Assembly (NCBI GenBank): GCA_963666205.1
Contig: OY762654.1
Coordinates: forward strand, 2,208,001 to 2,272,000
Direction of reading: 5' to 3'
DNA from: Synergistales bacterium
GTDB taxonomy: Bacteria; Synergistota; Synergistia; Synergistales; JAFGMB01
Length of the DNA stretch: 64,000 bases
Part shown: positions 29,591 to 39,746 of the stretch, piece after piece
Numbering within the stretch: the first letter of the stretch is position 1
How the letters are laid out: each line of letters begins with the position of its first letter
Notes under the pieces: generated by a model
The model's database searches: none
Seen by the model: the letters and a program-made list of their open reading frames with translations, nothing else
What the model was told of the DNA's origin: nothing
Position numbers and translations under genes: made by a program

Positions 29591-30598
29591 GTGAAAAAGT
29601 TTGTTCTGTTTCTGACCATCATTGCCCTGGTCTTCACCATGGCAGCCGCAGGCACCGCTGATGCAAAACCGAAGTATGTCTGGAAACTTTCCCATGTCCG
29701 TCCCCAGGGGACAACCATTGACAACGACCTTACCTGGTTCGCTGACAAGGTTATGAAAGATTCTGAAGGCAAGATCAAGATCGATATTTTCGCCGCCAGC
29801 CAGCTTGGAGACTATACAGTGGTCCATGAGAGGATCAGTGTGGGAGCAGTAGATATGGCCTGCCAGCCCCCAGGAGTTGCCGCTGACAAAAGGATCCAGA
29901 TCCTGAACCTCCCCTCACTTGTGACAAACTGGGAAGAGGCCAAGACTGTCTATGCCACAGGCAGCGTGCTTATGGATACAGCTGCTGAACTTTTCGCCAA
30001 ACAGGATATCAAGTATCTTGCTGCTTATCCCGTCTATTTCGGCGGTATAGCCCTCAAAGCAGATCCTGTTTCTCCTGGAGATCCCGATGTCAAGAAGGGC
30101 ATAAAAGTCCGTGTTCCTCCGATGAAGTCCTTCCAGCTTCTCGCGAATGCTCAAGGTTACCAGGCTACCCCCATACCCTTCTCAGAGGCCTTTACAGCCA
30201 TTCAGACTGGTATTGTCGACGGAGTCATAGGTTCCGGAGCAGAAGGTTATTATGCTAACTTCAGAGATGTCATCAAATATTACATTCCAGCCAATACCCA
30301 CTTTGAGCAGTGGTATCTTTACATGAACATGGAAACATTCAATAAACTCCCGGATGATCTCAAGAAGGTAGTTCTTGATGCTGCTGCTGAGTTTGAAGCC
30401 CGCAGAATGGTGCAGGCAGAAAAAGATCAGGCTGCAAATGAAAAACGCCTTGAGGATTACGGTGTGAAGGTTGTAACCCTCAGCAACGAAGAGCTTGCTG
30501 CCATAGGTAAAAAGGTCCGGGCAGAAGTATGGCCCGAAATGGAGAAGGATCTTGGTGAAGAATGGGCCAAATCCATTCTCGACAAAGTAGTTCAATAG
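29591..30598 (+). CDS. dctP: TRAP substrate-binding protein
   Basis: Signal peptide, SQLG, KGIKVRV (conserved Arg) and PFSEAFTAIQTGIVDG. Confidence 0.92.
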   Translation: MKKFVLFLTIIALVFTMAAAGTADAKPKYVWKLSHVRPQGTTIDNDLTWFADKVMKDSEGKIKIDIFAASQLGDYTVVHERISVGAVDMACQPPGVAADKRIQILNLPSLVTNWEEAKTVYATGSVLMDTAAELFAKQDIKYLAAYPVYFGGIALKADPVSPGDPDVKKGIKVRVPPMKSFQLLANAQGYQATPIPFSEAFTAIQTGIVDGVIGSGAEGYYANFRDVIKYYIPANTHFEQWYLYMNMETFNKLPDDLKKVVLDAAAEFEARRMVQAEKDQAANEKRLEDYGVKVVTLSNEELAAIGKKVRAEVWPEMEKDLGEEWAKSILDKVVQ

Positions 30599-30613
30599 AG
30601 TCCTGAAATCCGA

Positions 30614-30643
30614 GAAGGGGAGCAGCTCTGACTGCTCCCCTTC
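30614..30643 (+). terminator. hairpin after dctP
   Basis: GAAGGGGAGCAG-CTCTGA-CTGCTCCCCTTC. Confidence 0.65.
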
Positions 30644-30793
30644 ATATATGGGATGTACTGATATTTCTCAAAAATTTTTTCTTCGAAACAAATGTAGGAT
30701 CTTCGGAAATTAGGATAAGAAAACTTTTATAATTCCAGTATTTTAATGAGAAGTACAAAATCGTGCCTTATTTATCGGAAGGAGGAAGTCAAA

Positions 30794-31879
30794 TTGAAAT
30801 TTGCAGTTCTCGGAAGTGGCAATGGAGCCAGAGCCTGGTGTGCCCAGATAGCTGCCAAGGGTCATCCGGTAACGATGTGGGAGCCCCTTGAAGCTACAGA
30901 GGATTACCTTAAACTCAGAGAAGAAAAGGAAATGTATCTGGAAGGTGATATTCAGGTAGGCGGCAAGCTTGCCGGAGTTACCATGGATATAGAAGAGGCT
31001 ATGAATGGAGCCGAGTTTATCCTGGTTATCGTTCCTTCCTTTGCCCACGAACCTATCTTTAAAAAAATGATCCCCCATCTCAAAGATGGACAGAATATAG
31101 TTGTAGTACCAGGAAACTTTGCCGGATTCCGTTTAAGGAAAATGATGAAAGAGGCAGGAGTAGTAAAGGATATAACCATATCTGAAACTGCTTCAATGCC
31201 CTATGCCTGCAGGATAGATACCTATAATACGGTGATGATCTTCAAGAGAAAATTTGAGATGAAGATGGGTACTTCACCCCAGTCTAAAAATGCAGAGATG
31301 TGCGAAATCCTCAATGATATTTTTGAGGGTTACGTCAAGTATCTTCCTGCTGAAAACCTTCTCGAAGTAGACCTTGATAATATCAACTATATTCTTCACC
31401 CATTCCCGGTTCTTTTCAACTACGGGGAGATAGAGAAGAACGGAAAGACATACATGCACTATATGGATGGTATAACTCCTGTTCTTTCTGAAAAGATGAT
31501 GAAGATGGACGAGGAGCGTATGGCCATAGGAGCAAAGTTGGGACTCAAACTGCAGGACTGCCTTTCCCAGCTCAAGATGTACTATGGTCAGAATGACACT
31601 GAAACCATATATGATTTTGTAAACAGCGATGATTCCCCCTATAAAGATCTTGTAGGGCAGAATATCAAGGGCCGTTACATTACGGAGGATGTTCCCGGTG
31701 TTGTTGTTCCTGCTCTTCAACTTGCAAATAAAGCCGGTATGGAAGCGCCAATATCCGAACTTGCTGTGAAAGTTGCTTCCTTCCTCCATGATACGGATTA
31801 TGCTGCCAAAGGAACAACTCTTGAAAGTCTTGATATAGCTGATCTCTCTATCGAAGAGATCGTCACTATGGTATCGTAG
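30794..31879 (+). CDS. NAD/NADP-dependent opine (octopine/nopaline) dehydrogenase family
   Basis: AVLGSGNGA, VPSFAHE, PGN, ET.SMPYACR, N.N.ILHP, MDEER and RYITEDVP. Confidence 0.88.
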   Translation: MKFAVLGSGNGARAWCAQIAAKGHPVTMWEPLEATEDYLKLREEKEMYLEGDIQVGGKLAGVTMDIEEAMNGAEFILVIVPSFAHEPIFKKMIPHLKDGQNIVVVPGNFAGFRLRKMMKEAGVVKDITISETASMPYACRIDTYNTVMIFKRKFEMKMGTSPQSKNAEMCEILNDIFEGYVKYLPAENLLEVDLDNINYILHPFPVLFNYGEIEKNGKTYMHYMDGITPVLSEKMMKMDEERMAIGAKLGLKLQDCLSQLKMYYGQNDTETIYDFVNSDDSPYKDLVGQNIKGRYITEDVPGVVVPALQLANKAGMEAPISELAVKVASFLHDTDYAAKGTTLESLDIADLSIEEIVTMVS

Positions 31880-31996
31880 AGGTTATTATTTCTTCCAATA
31901 CAAATTTATTGATCTGAAAGAATGCCTCCGGGTACCTGGTAACATGGGTCCCAGGAGGCATTCGGATTAAGTGAACGTAAGTGAGGGATCAGGAAA

Positions 31997-32917
31997 ATGG
32001 ACCGGAATGGAGAACAAATTGTCAATAAAGAACATAAGATAGGGGTTGTTACTCTTCTCGCTCTAGCCTTGCCTATCCTGTCCTGGGGATCTGCTTTTCC
32101 GAGTATAAGGTATGCTCTCACCGGTTATTCTCCAATACAGATAGCTACTCTCAGGTTTATCATCGGATCTCTGCTTCTTCTGGTCTATGCTATGTTGAAG
32201 GGATTCGGTCTCCCTGATAAAAGAGATATACCAATGATATGCTTTTTATCCCTTAGCGGAGTTGTGCTGTATCATGTCCCTCTAAACATGGGGGCTAGAA
32301 CTGTAACGGCAGGAACGGTAAGTCTTCTTAATGCCACCGCGCCTGTTTTTACAGCCATCTTGTCCATGTTCCTGATCAGGGAGCGGATTCAGGCTAAAGG
32401 ATGGTTAGGGATCTTTGTCAGTTTTCTGGGTGCAGGTCTGCTGGCTTTTAATGGGGTTGAGGGTTTCCTGTTTTCTTTCGGGGCAATGTGGATTCTTTTT
32501 GCTGCTTTTTCGGAGAGTTTTTATTTTATTTACCAGAGAGGTCTGCTACTTAAATATGGCCCGGTAAGGCTCACAATGTACGTAATGTGGCTAGGGGCTA
32601 TCATTATGGTCCCCTTCAGCGGTAACCTTCTCGCATCTTTTCGTAATGCTCCCACGGGTGCATCCATAGCGGTTCTGTATATGGGTATTTTCCCGACAGC
32701 TATAGCATATGTTCTCTGGGCTTATGACCTTTCCATATTTCCAGCATCAAGAGTAGCGAGCCTTCTATATCTTTCACCTGTTATTTCGATTCTTCTAGGG
32801 TGGTTGTGGCTTGGAGAAAAGCCAACCCTGATGATAATTGCAGGTGGTACACTTGCAATTGCAGGTGTGGCATGTGTGCAGAGATCCAGAATTTGTAACC
32901 GCAAGAATATCGGGTAA
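31997..32917 (+). CDS. DMT/EamA family transporter
   Basis: WGSAF, LRF, two EamA repeats and YLSPV...LGE. Confidence 0.9.
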   Translation: MDRNGEQIVNKEHKIGVVTLLALALPILSWGSAFPSIRYALTGYSPIQIATLRFIIGSLLLLVYAMLKGFGLPDKRDIPMICFLSLSGVVLYHVPLNMGARTVTAGTVSLLNATAPVFTAILSMFLIRERIQAKGWLGIFVSFLGAGLLAFNGVEGFLFSFGAMWILFAAFSESFYFIYQRGLLLKYGPVRLTMYVMWLGAIIMVPFSGNLLASFRNAPTGASIAVLYMGIFPTAIAYVLWAYDLSIFPASRVASLLYLSPVISILLGWLWLGEKPTLMIIAGGTLAIAGVACVQRSRICNRKNIG

Positions 32918-32951
32918 AAGGATGGATCCTTCTGTTGATCCATTGATTGTA

Positions 32952-33686
32952 TTACATGTGCAGGAGGGTATCTTCCAGGTGAATTGCAGATCTGGAATAG
33001 GCCATGATATCGTCCATATCCTGCAGCAGATGTTTAACCATTGCTTCTTTTGCCTTTTTAACGTTCCGGGACCTTATATGTTTGAGAATAGTCCGATGCT
33101 CCTCCATCATCTTGTTCCATCGCTGTTCTGGAAGTTCCAGATAATGATGTCTGTGGGCCTCAAGTTCTGCACGTATTGTGCGTAGGAGTTTTACCATAAG
33201 ACCATTCCCTGCTATTTCGGCCAGTCTGTCATGAAATTTTGTCCTGGTCTGGAGCATGGTTTCCTTGAGAATATCTATATTCTCAATATCCTCCAGTATG
33301 ACTTCTTCCAGATTATCCAGTTCCTTGAGGGTTGCGTTGTGGGTAACCCATTCCACCATCTGGCTTTCAAGAAGTGCCCTGAGTTCCATTTTCTCCGCAA
33401 GAGAGACGTCTTCAGTCAGAGAATTGATAAGTTCGTTATTTGCTATTCTTCGAAGAGCATCCGGTGCAATAAAGGTCCCCTGGCCCGGGCGGGATTCAAC
33501 TATCTTGAAAAGGGAAAGAGCCTTCATAGCTTCCCTTATGCTGTTCCGGCTAACCTGGAACTGTCCGGCAAGAGAAAGCTCTCCATCCATTTTACTTCCA
33601 GGTTCCCACGATCCATTTTTTATGGAGGAGATTATCTGTGCCATAACATTTTCATAAAGGGTGGAGCGGTTTGCGGGTTTGAACAA
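32952..33686 (-). CDS. FadR/GntR family regulator, paralogue of 26549-27268
   Basis: QFQVSRNSIREA, SRPGQGTF and FCD domain. TTG start follows GGAGG. Confidence 0.9.
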   Translation of the reverse strand: MFKPANRSTLYENVMAQIISSIKNGSWEPGSKMDGELSLAGQFQVSRNSIREAMKALSLFKIVESRPGQGTFIAPDALRRIANNELINSLTEDVSLAEKMELRALLESQMVEWVTHNATLKELDNLEEVILEDIENIDILKETMLQTRTKFHDRLAEIAGNGLMVKLLRTIRAELEAHRHHYLELPEQRWNKMMEEHRTILKHIRSRNVKKAKEAMVKHLLQDMDDIMAYSRSAIHLEDTLLHM

Positions 33687-33950
33687 GGGGGATTCCTCCA
33701 GAAAAGTATTATATGTGCTCTCTTTCACTTTTGGTCTATTTCCTGAAGCATTATACCAAAAGGTTAAGATGATTTGTCCTCTATGGTATTATTTTCTGGT
33801 AGTAAAGATCAGAATCAGGCTTTTGGTAAGGATCATGTGTTTAAATTTCAGGAAACATGATGATTCTCTTAACGTTCAACGGTGGTATTCTTAGCTCAGA
33901 GCCGGTGAAGAAAAGATGGTTTCACGATTAAAAGAGGAAGGGGTCATTTA

Positions 33951-34568
33951 TTGAAGGATTACTTCGGAATGCGCAAAGGACAGCCTCTTATCCTTTTATT
34001 TAATATTGCTGTTCTGACTGTTTTTGCGGTTGTTTTTGCTTCAAGGGCAAATTATGAATTTCTAACCTACATAGGTGTTACCCTTTTTTTTATGACCCTG
34101 ATAATATTGACCAACAGGAGAGTATATTATCCTGACTTTCTGTTATGGATTCTTTCCCTATGGTCACTGGCCCACATGTGTGGGGGTGGATTGATCATAG
34201 GTGGGGAAAAACTCTATGAATTTATGATCTTTGATATTGTGGGCGAACCCTATCTTATATTCAAGTATGATCAGTTTGTTCACATTACAGGATTTGCAGG
34301 GGCAACCCTTGCAATGTATTACCTTATAAAGCCTCTTTTAAGGAATCCACACAGATGGATAGCCCTTTCAGTTGTTGTTATAATGGCCGGTCTAGGTGTT
34401 GGAGCGTTAAACGAGATAGTCGAATTTTTCGTATCCGTACTGGTGGGTGAAACCGGGGTAGGTGGGTATGTTAACACTTCCCTTGACCTGGTTTCTGATC
34501 TTCTTGGAGCCTTGATAGCCATGGTCCTGATATTTACAAAAGAAAAAAAAGTCTCACCAGTTGTATAG
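33951..34568 (+). CDS. membrane protein, DUF2238-like
   Basis: HMCGG, YDQFVH, GALNEIVEF and NTSLDLVSDLLG. Confidence 0.7.
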   Translation: MKDYFGMRKGQPLILLFNIAVLTVFAVVFASRANYEFLTYIGVTLFFMTLIILTNRRVYYPDFLLWILSLWSLAHMCGGGLIIGGEKLYEFMIFDIVGEPYLIFKYDQFVHITGFAGATLAMYYLIKPLLRNPHRWIALSVVVIMAGLGVGALNEIVEFFVSVLVGETGVGGYVNTSLDLVSDLLGALIAMVLIFTKEKKVSPVV

Positions 34569-34603
34569 GTTTTACGCTTACTTCCTGCAGGGGTTGGTCC
34601 TGA

Positions 34604-35395
34604 TTGGGTTATATTGAGAATGTACTTGGATCTTTTAATCTTGACATGGTGGGAATGTTCCTGCTCGGCTTTTGTGCATTCTTTGTCGGATTCTCCAAGA
34701 GTGCTCTCCCTGGTGCAATTATCCTCATTATACCGGTAAGTGCTGCTGTTCTTCCGGCAAAAACTGCTGTTGGAGTTGTCCTTCCTTTACTTATGTTCGG
34801 TGACCTGTTAACTACGGGTTACTTTTTCAGAAAAATCAATATCAACCATATGAAATTTATTCTTCCCTCTGCTTTTTGCGGTGTAATTGCAGGATATATG
34901 CTTATGGAAAGAATGAGTAGTGAGGACTTAAAACCCATGATAGGTTTTGTTGTTCTCTGCATGTTGATACTCAAACAGGTGATCCAGATATCCGGCGGCA
35001 GGTTTTCCGGATACTCGAAGAAGTATGATCCGGAACATGTAGACAAACCCCTGGTCTCGATCTTTTTTGGATTGATAATGGGTACCATAGCCACGGTGGC
35101 ACATGCTGCAGGCCCTCTGACTGCCCTTTATCTGATCTTGAACCGTTTCCCCAAAACTCAGTTTGTAGCTACTGCTGCGGGATTTTTCCTTTTCATTAAC
35201 TGGATGAAAGTACCTTTTTACCTTAACCTTGGTATTCTCAGTTGGGATGTGCTTAAGCTTGATATTTTACTTTTCCCCTTTATAATTTCAGGATTTCTCA
35301 TTGGTATCAGGGTTCTTGGTTATATACCTCAGCGTAAATTTGATTTTGTTGTCCTGGTACTTGCATTTCTAGCTTCACTAAAACTGATCTTTTGA
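34604..35395 (+). CDS. TauE/SafE (TSUP) family transporter
   Basis: GFSKSALPG, LPLLMFGD, AHAAGP and NWMKVPFY. Confidence 0.85.
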   Translation: MGYIENVLGSFNLDMVGMFLLGFCAFFVGFSKSALPGAIILIIPVSAAVLPAKTAVGVVLPLLMFGDLLTTGYFFRKININHMKFILPSAFCGVIAGYMLMERMSSEDLKPMIGFVVLCMLILKQVIQISGGRFSGYSKKYDPEHVDKPLVSIFFGLIMGTIATVAHAAGPLTALYLILNRFPKTQFVATAAGFFLFINWMKVPFYLNLGILSWDVLKLDILLFPFIISGFLIGIRVLGYIPQRKFDFVVLVLAFLASLKLIF

Positions 35396-35439
35396 GACAC
35401 ACAAGGCAGTGATGTATGTTGCCTGCCTTGCGTGTCTTT
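35395..35439. terminator. bidirectional terminator
   Basis: GACACACAAGGCAG...CTGCCTTGCGTGTC between convergent genes. Confidence 0.6.
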
Positions 35440-35452
35440 ATACTGAGGATTG

Positions 35453-36397
35453 TTACTCTACGGAAACCAGGGAGTCCTTTTTGGATTCATTGACAATAAG
35501 CTGAAGTACATCCGGTCTTGCATAATGGCCCATTACATCAAAATCAAAGCGGCTCTGGGGAATAAGTGTCAGGTCAAGATCAGCTATCAGGATATTTTCC
35601 CTGTTATAAACAGGTTCTACAACATATTTCCCAAGAGGGTCGATTATAGCACTTCCACCCGGGCACATATGGTCCGGCTGGGATTCAAGATCTGAGTAGA
35701 ATTCCAGGTCCTTGGGATACATGTCTTTAGAAACATACTGGTTGCAGGAGAGGACAAAACACCTTCCTTCCAGCGCTATATGGCGTATGGTAGACTGCCA
35801 TTCTTCCCTTGAGTCTGCCGTTGGTGCCAGGTATATTACGGTACCTTTGCCGTATATTGCAGTTCTTGCCAGTGGCATGTAATTTTCCCAGCAGATAAGT
35901 CCCCCCATTTTCCCATAGGGGGTGTCTATAACAGTCAGAGTGCTCCCATCTCCTTCTCCCCAGACTATCCTTTCGCTTCCCGTTGGTTTGAGCTTCCGGT
36001 GTTTTCCCAGGAGCCTGCCATCAGGTCCAAAATAGAGTATAGTGCAGTAAAGAGTGCCTCCTTCTCTTTCTATTATCCCCATCACAAGGTGAACCCCATA
36101 TTGCCTTGCGGCCTTTCCAAGAATTTCAGTTGTGTCTCCCGGGACACTTACAGAATTATCGAAGTATCTGAAAAAATCCTTCCTCCCCCGAGGGTCCCGG
36201 CTTCCAATAACGGTACCAAAGGAAAGTCCTCTGGGATAAGCAGGAATGAAGGCTTCTGGAAACAGTATTATCTTTGCTCCTTTTCCCGCCGCTTTCTTCA
36301 TCAGATCAAGGGTTTTTGCGATGGTTGCTTTTTTGTCCATGATTACAGGAGCAGCCTGAATTACTGCAACCTTTACAGTATTGTTGTTATTGTCCAT
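35453..36397 (-). CDS. nitrilase (carbon-nitrogen hydrolase, branch 1)
   Basis: Catalytic triad FPEAF, HRKLKPT and ICWENYMP, plus DVMGHYARPD. Confidence 0.9.
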   Translation of the reverse strand: MDNNNNTVKVAVIQAAPVIMDKKATIAKTLDLMKKAAGKGAKIILFPEAFIPAYPRGLSFGTVIGSRDPRGRKDFFRYFDNSVSVPGDTTEILGKAARQYGVHLVMGIIEREGGTLYCTILYFGPDGRLLGKHRKLKPTGSERIVWGEGDGSTLTVIDTPYGKMGGLICWENYMPLARTAIYGKGTVIYLAPTADSREEWQSTIRHIALEGRCFVLSCNQYVSKDMYPKDLEFYSDLESQPDHMCPGGSAIIDPLGKYVVEPVYNRENILIADLDLTLIPQSRFDFDVMGHYARPDVLQLIVNESKKDSLVSVE

Positions 36398-36509
36398 TAG
36401 AATTCCTCCCCTGGCTTGATCCATTGTTCTATTATTGAATTATAACCACAAATATATTATTTATGGTAAAATCAACACGAATTAATCCAAAATGTCAATT
36501 TCATACGGA

Positions 36510-36637
36510 CTAAAAGGGAGTAGTTAGTCAGGCAGCGTCAACATGCTGGTGAAGTTCACCTGGCTCTGCCGTTGGTATTTATGCCAATTAACGAGACTTT
36601 TAGCGTGGTAATTCCATGCTGAAGTCTCGTTTTTTTT
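36510..36637 (+). ncRNA. yybP-ykoY Mn2+ riboswitch with terminator expression platform
   Basis: CTAAAAGGGAGTAG...CGTCAACA...ACGAGACTTTTAG. The overlapping terminator ACGAGACTT...AAGTCTCG-T-run lies upstream of mntP. Confidence 0.9.
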
Positions 36638-36667
36638 ATCAGCTGAAATCATTAATGGAGGTTATAT

Positions 36668-37255
36668 ATGATAAATAGTCTTGCCTTTATCCTTGGTGTC
36701 AGCCTTTCTATGGATGCTCTTGCTGTTTCCTGTACCATACCGGTTTGTGTTCCCGGAGTTTCCATGATCAGATCATTAAGGGTGGCTCTCAGTTTCGGTT
36801 TTTTTCAGGCAGTGATGCCCCTCATCGGATGGTTTGCTGCAGAGCGGTTTCTCTTTCTTATTGAGCCTGTGGATCATTGGCTGGGTTTTATCCTTCTCTC
36901 AATCGTTGGAGGGAAGATGATCAGGGAAGGGCTTGCTGCAAAGGAAGGATGTTCTGTCCTGCCCGGGGATCCGACAAAGGGTAAATATTTACTGGCCCTT
37001 TCTATTGGTACAAGTATTGATGCACTGGCTGTAGGTGTCAGTTTTATAGGTATGAAGATAGATGTCTTTACTACTGTCACTGTCATAGGGCTGATAACCT
37101 TTTCTCTTTCATTTATCGGATTAAGGCTTTCCCGGAGATTATGCGGAGATAGCAGAAAAGGAAAGATGGAAGTCATTGGAGGTCTGGTCCTGATACTTAT
37201 AGGGATAAATATAGTATTGGAACACCTTGGTATTTTTCATATCTTGACACTTTAG
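36668..37255 (+). CDS. mntP: manganese efflux pump
   Basis: LSMDALAVS, FGFFQAVMP, DHW and TSIDALAVG. Confidence 0.92.
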   Translation: MINSLAFILGVSLSMDALAVSCTIPVCVPGVSMIRSLRVALSFGFFQAVMPLIGWFAAERFLFLIEPVDHWLGFILLSIVGGKMIREGLAAKEGCSVLPGDPTKGKYLLALSIGTSIDALAVGVSFIGMKIDVFTTVTVIGLITFSLSFIGLRLSRRLCGDSRKGKMEVIGGLVLILIGINIVLEHLGIFHILTL

Positions 37256-37276
37256 ATCAAAGAGTGGAGGTTCATA

Positions 37277-37720
37277 ATGTCTGGAAGAGTTGTTGCTGTA
37301 TGTGTTTCTGAAAAAAAAGGAACTTCGAAAAAAGATGTGGGTAAGGCAAAACTGGTTCCTGAATTGGGGCTGGAAGGGGATGCCCATGCCGGTTTTGCCC
37401 ATCGTCAGGTCAGTCTTCTCAATGCAGAGGATATAAAAGAGGCTTCTGAAAAAATGCCCGGGTTGATACCCGGAAGCTTTGCTGAAAATATCACGGTTGA
37501 GGGTTTCGATGTATCCTCAGTTCCAGTAGGAGATCGTCTGAGAATAGGAGAATGTCTTCTTGAAGTTACACAGATCGGGAAAGAATGTCATTCCAGATGT
37601 GAAATATATAAAACGATAGGAGACTGTATCATGCCAAAGAAGGGGGTCTTCTGCAGGGTACTCGAGGGAGGGTGTATCTCCAGAGGAGACAAGGTCATCC
37701 AATTGGTCGAAGAGTCCTGA
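37277..37720 (+). CDS. MOSC domain protein
   Basis: GLEGDAHAG, RQVSLL, FAENIT, TQIGKECH..C and DCIMP. Confidence 0.9.
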   Translation: MSGRVVAVCVSEKKGTSKKDVGKAKLVPELGLEGDAHAGFAHRQVSLLNAEDIKEASEKMPGLIPGSFAENITVEGFDVSSVPVGDRLRIGECLLEVTQIGKECHSRCEIYKTIGDCIMPKKGVFCRVLEGGCISRGDKVIQLVEES

Positions 37721-37820
37721 CAACATCGTTATGACCAATCAGCCCTCTCTGCAGGATAAAAGGATTTAACCACTCTTCAATTTGCCTCATCAGTGTGGTA
37801 TATTATCACTATGGAGGTGT

Positions 37821-38951
37821 ATGGCCATGCTGTTCGAGTCGACTGAAATACGGGGTCTGGTCCTGAAAAACCGTTTTGTAAGATCTGCCACGTGGGAGGG
37901 TCTTGCTAATGAGGATGGTTCTTGTACATCAAGGCTTATCGATCTAATGACAGAACTTGCAATTGGGGGAGTCGGTCTTATCATTTCAGGACATGCTTAT
38001 GTGAGCAGGGAGGGGCAGGCAAGTCTCAGACAGCTTGGGATTTATGATGATATCCTTCTTCCCGATCTTATCGAAATGGCCGATGCTGTTCACCGTGAAG
38101 GAGGAAAGATAGCAATTCAGCTGGCTCATGGCGGATGTCATGGTGCTAACAAGATCACGGGTCTTGAAACAAGGGGGCCATCAGTGCCGGATGAAACCAG
38201 GGGGTTTTCCTGCAGAGAAATGTCAGAAGACGATATTGCTGAAACTGTCTTATCCTTTGGCAGGGCTGCACTTAGAGCGAAAAATGCCGGTTTTGATGCT
38301 GTCCAGATCCACGCTGCCCACGGTTATCTTTTAAGCCAGTTCCTGTCTCCTTTCTATAACAGGCGAACGGATACATATGGAGGATGTCTTGAGAACAGGG
38401 CAAGGATAGTTCTTGAAGTCATGAATGCCATCAGGCAGGCTGTGGGGAAAGATTATCCGGTAATGATAAAAATTAATTCCCAGGATTACCTTGAAGATGG
38501 ACTTACGGTGGATGAAATGGTAAAGGTCTGTATGCTTCTTGAAGATGCTGGTATAGATGCTGTTGAAATTAGTGGCGGTACCGTGAATGAGGGCAGCCGG
38601 TACAAGGCTAGCAGAACTCTTACCCTGGAACTTCAGGAAGATGAAGTCTATTATAGGGAAGCTGCGGCTCAGTATAAAAAGAAAGTACATGTGCCTCTGA
38701 TCCTTGTAGGGGGTATCAGATCTTTCTCAGTGGCTGATAATCTTGTAAGAAATGGTATAGCTGACTATATAGCCCTTTCCAGGCCATTTATACGGGAGCC
38801 CTTTCTGGTCAATCGATGGAGATCAGGAGACTTGAGAACAGCAACATGTATTTCATGTAATGCCTGTTTCAGGCCGGCTCGCCAGGGGGAAGGACTCCAT
38901 TGTGTTGTTGAGGAATGTATTAAGAACAAGTTGATGAAAAGAGATTATTGA
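37821..38951 (+). CDS. NADH:flavin oxidoreductase (Old Yellow Enzyme family)
   Basis: NRFVRSATWE, QLAHGG, QIHAAHGYLLSQFLSP, NRRTD.YGG and C-terminal CISCNAC. Confidence 0.92.
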   Translation: MAMLFESTEIRGLVLKNRFVRSATWEGLANEDGSCTSRLIDLMTELAIGGVGLIISGHAYVSREGQASLRQLGIYDDILLPDLIEMADAVHREGGKIAIQLAHGGCHGANKITGLETRGPSVPDETRGFSCREMSEDDIAETVLSFGRAALRAKNAGFDAVQIHAAHGYLLSQFLSPFYNRRTDTYGGCLENRARIVLEVMNAIRQAVGKDYPVMIKINSQDYLEDGLTVDEMVKVCMLLEDAGIDAVEISGGTVNEGSRYKASRTLTLELQEDEVYYREAAAQYKKKVHVPLILVGGIRSFSVADNLVRNGIADYIALSRPFIREPFLVNRWRSGDLRTATCISCNACFRPARQGEGLHCVVEECIKNKLMKRDY

Positions 38952-39167
38952 TTGATAATCTCTTATTTTTATGACATATCACACCTTTATTATTAACCTT
39001 CCGTGAATTTTGCCACCCCTTCCTTGAGTTTGCGGCATCTGTTTCCAAATAATTAAATCCCCTGTTAAATATCAGATTTATCTTACAGTGAATTTGACAT
39101 GTTTTTACGGCAGATGTAAGATGAGCACTGTGATCAAGTATCTGTTTAAACAAGGAGGGGAGGTCGA

Positions 39168-39686
39168 ATGAAAAGATCTGGAAAATCGATTATATATATT
39201 CTTGTTATTGTCCTTCTTTTCTCCGTTATTTCAATTTCAGCGATGGCAGGGGAGAAAACCTGGGGTGCAGTATCCAGATATGATATCGTTACCACAGCCC
39301 AGAGAGCTGGAGATTTCACAATTCTTGTAACTGCCCTTAAAGCTGCAGGGCTTGAAAGGCTTATGAGGGAGCAGAATTCATATACCGTTTTTGCTCCCAC
39401 TGATGAAGCTTTTTCCAAGTTACCTGAGGGGACAGTAGAAAATTTGCTTCTTCCGGAGAATGTTGATCAACTTAAAGCGATCCTGACATATCATGTGATA
39501 ATAAACAGGAGAATTATCTCTCCGATGCTAAGAGGGGTGCATGGACTGAAAACAGTGAATGGCAAGATGCTCAATGTCAGTTATTCTCCCGCTAAGGTCC
39601 GCATAAACAATGCCTTTGTTATTCAACCTGATATTACGACCAGGAACGGAATAATCCATGTTATCGATACAGTTCTGATACCATAA
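39168..39686 (+). CDS. secreted fasciclin (FAS1) domain protein
   Basis: Signal peptide, YTVFAPTDEAF, ILTYHV and NGIIHVIDTVL. Confidence 0.92.
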   Translation: MKRSGKSIIYILVIVLLFSVISISAMAGEKTWGAVSRYDIVTTAQRAGDFTILVTALKAAGLERLMREQNSYTVFAPTDEAFSKLPEGTVENLLLPENVDQLKAILTYHVIINRRIISPMLRGVHGLKTVNGKMLNVSYSPAKVRINNAFVIQPDITTRNGIIHVIDTVLIP

Positions 39687-39707
39687 CGGGGAAACACCAG
39701 GATCCAG

Positions 39708-39746
39708 AACATATGGGGGATACCAGACATGTATCCCCCATATGTT
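39708..39746. terminator. bidirectional terminator, 16-bp stem
   Basis: AACATATGGGGGATAC...GTATCCCCCATATGTT. Confidence 0.7.

Noticed and set aside
30794-32917. Staphylopine/pseudopaline-type metallophore operon
   Set aside because: There is no nicotianamine-synthase-like gene or metal ABC importer in the locus, and regulation appears GntR-type rather than Fur/Zur.
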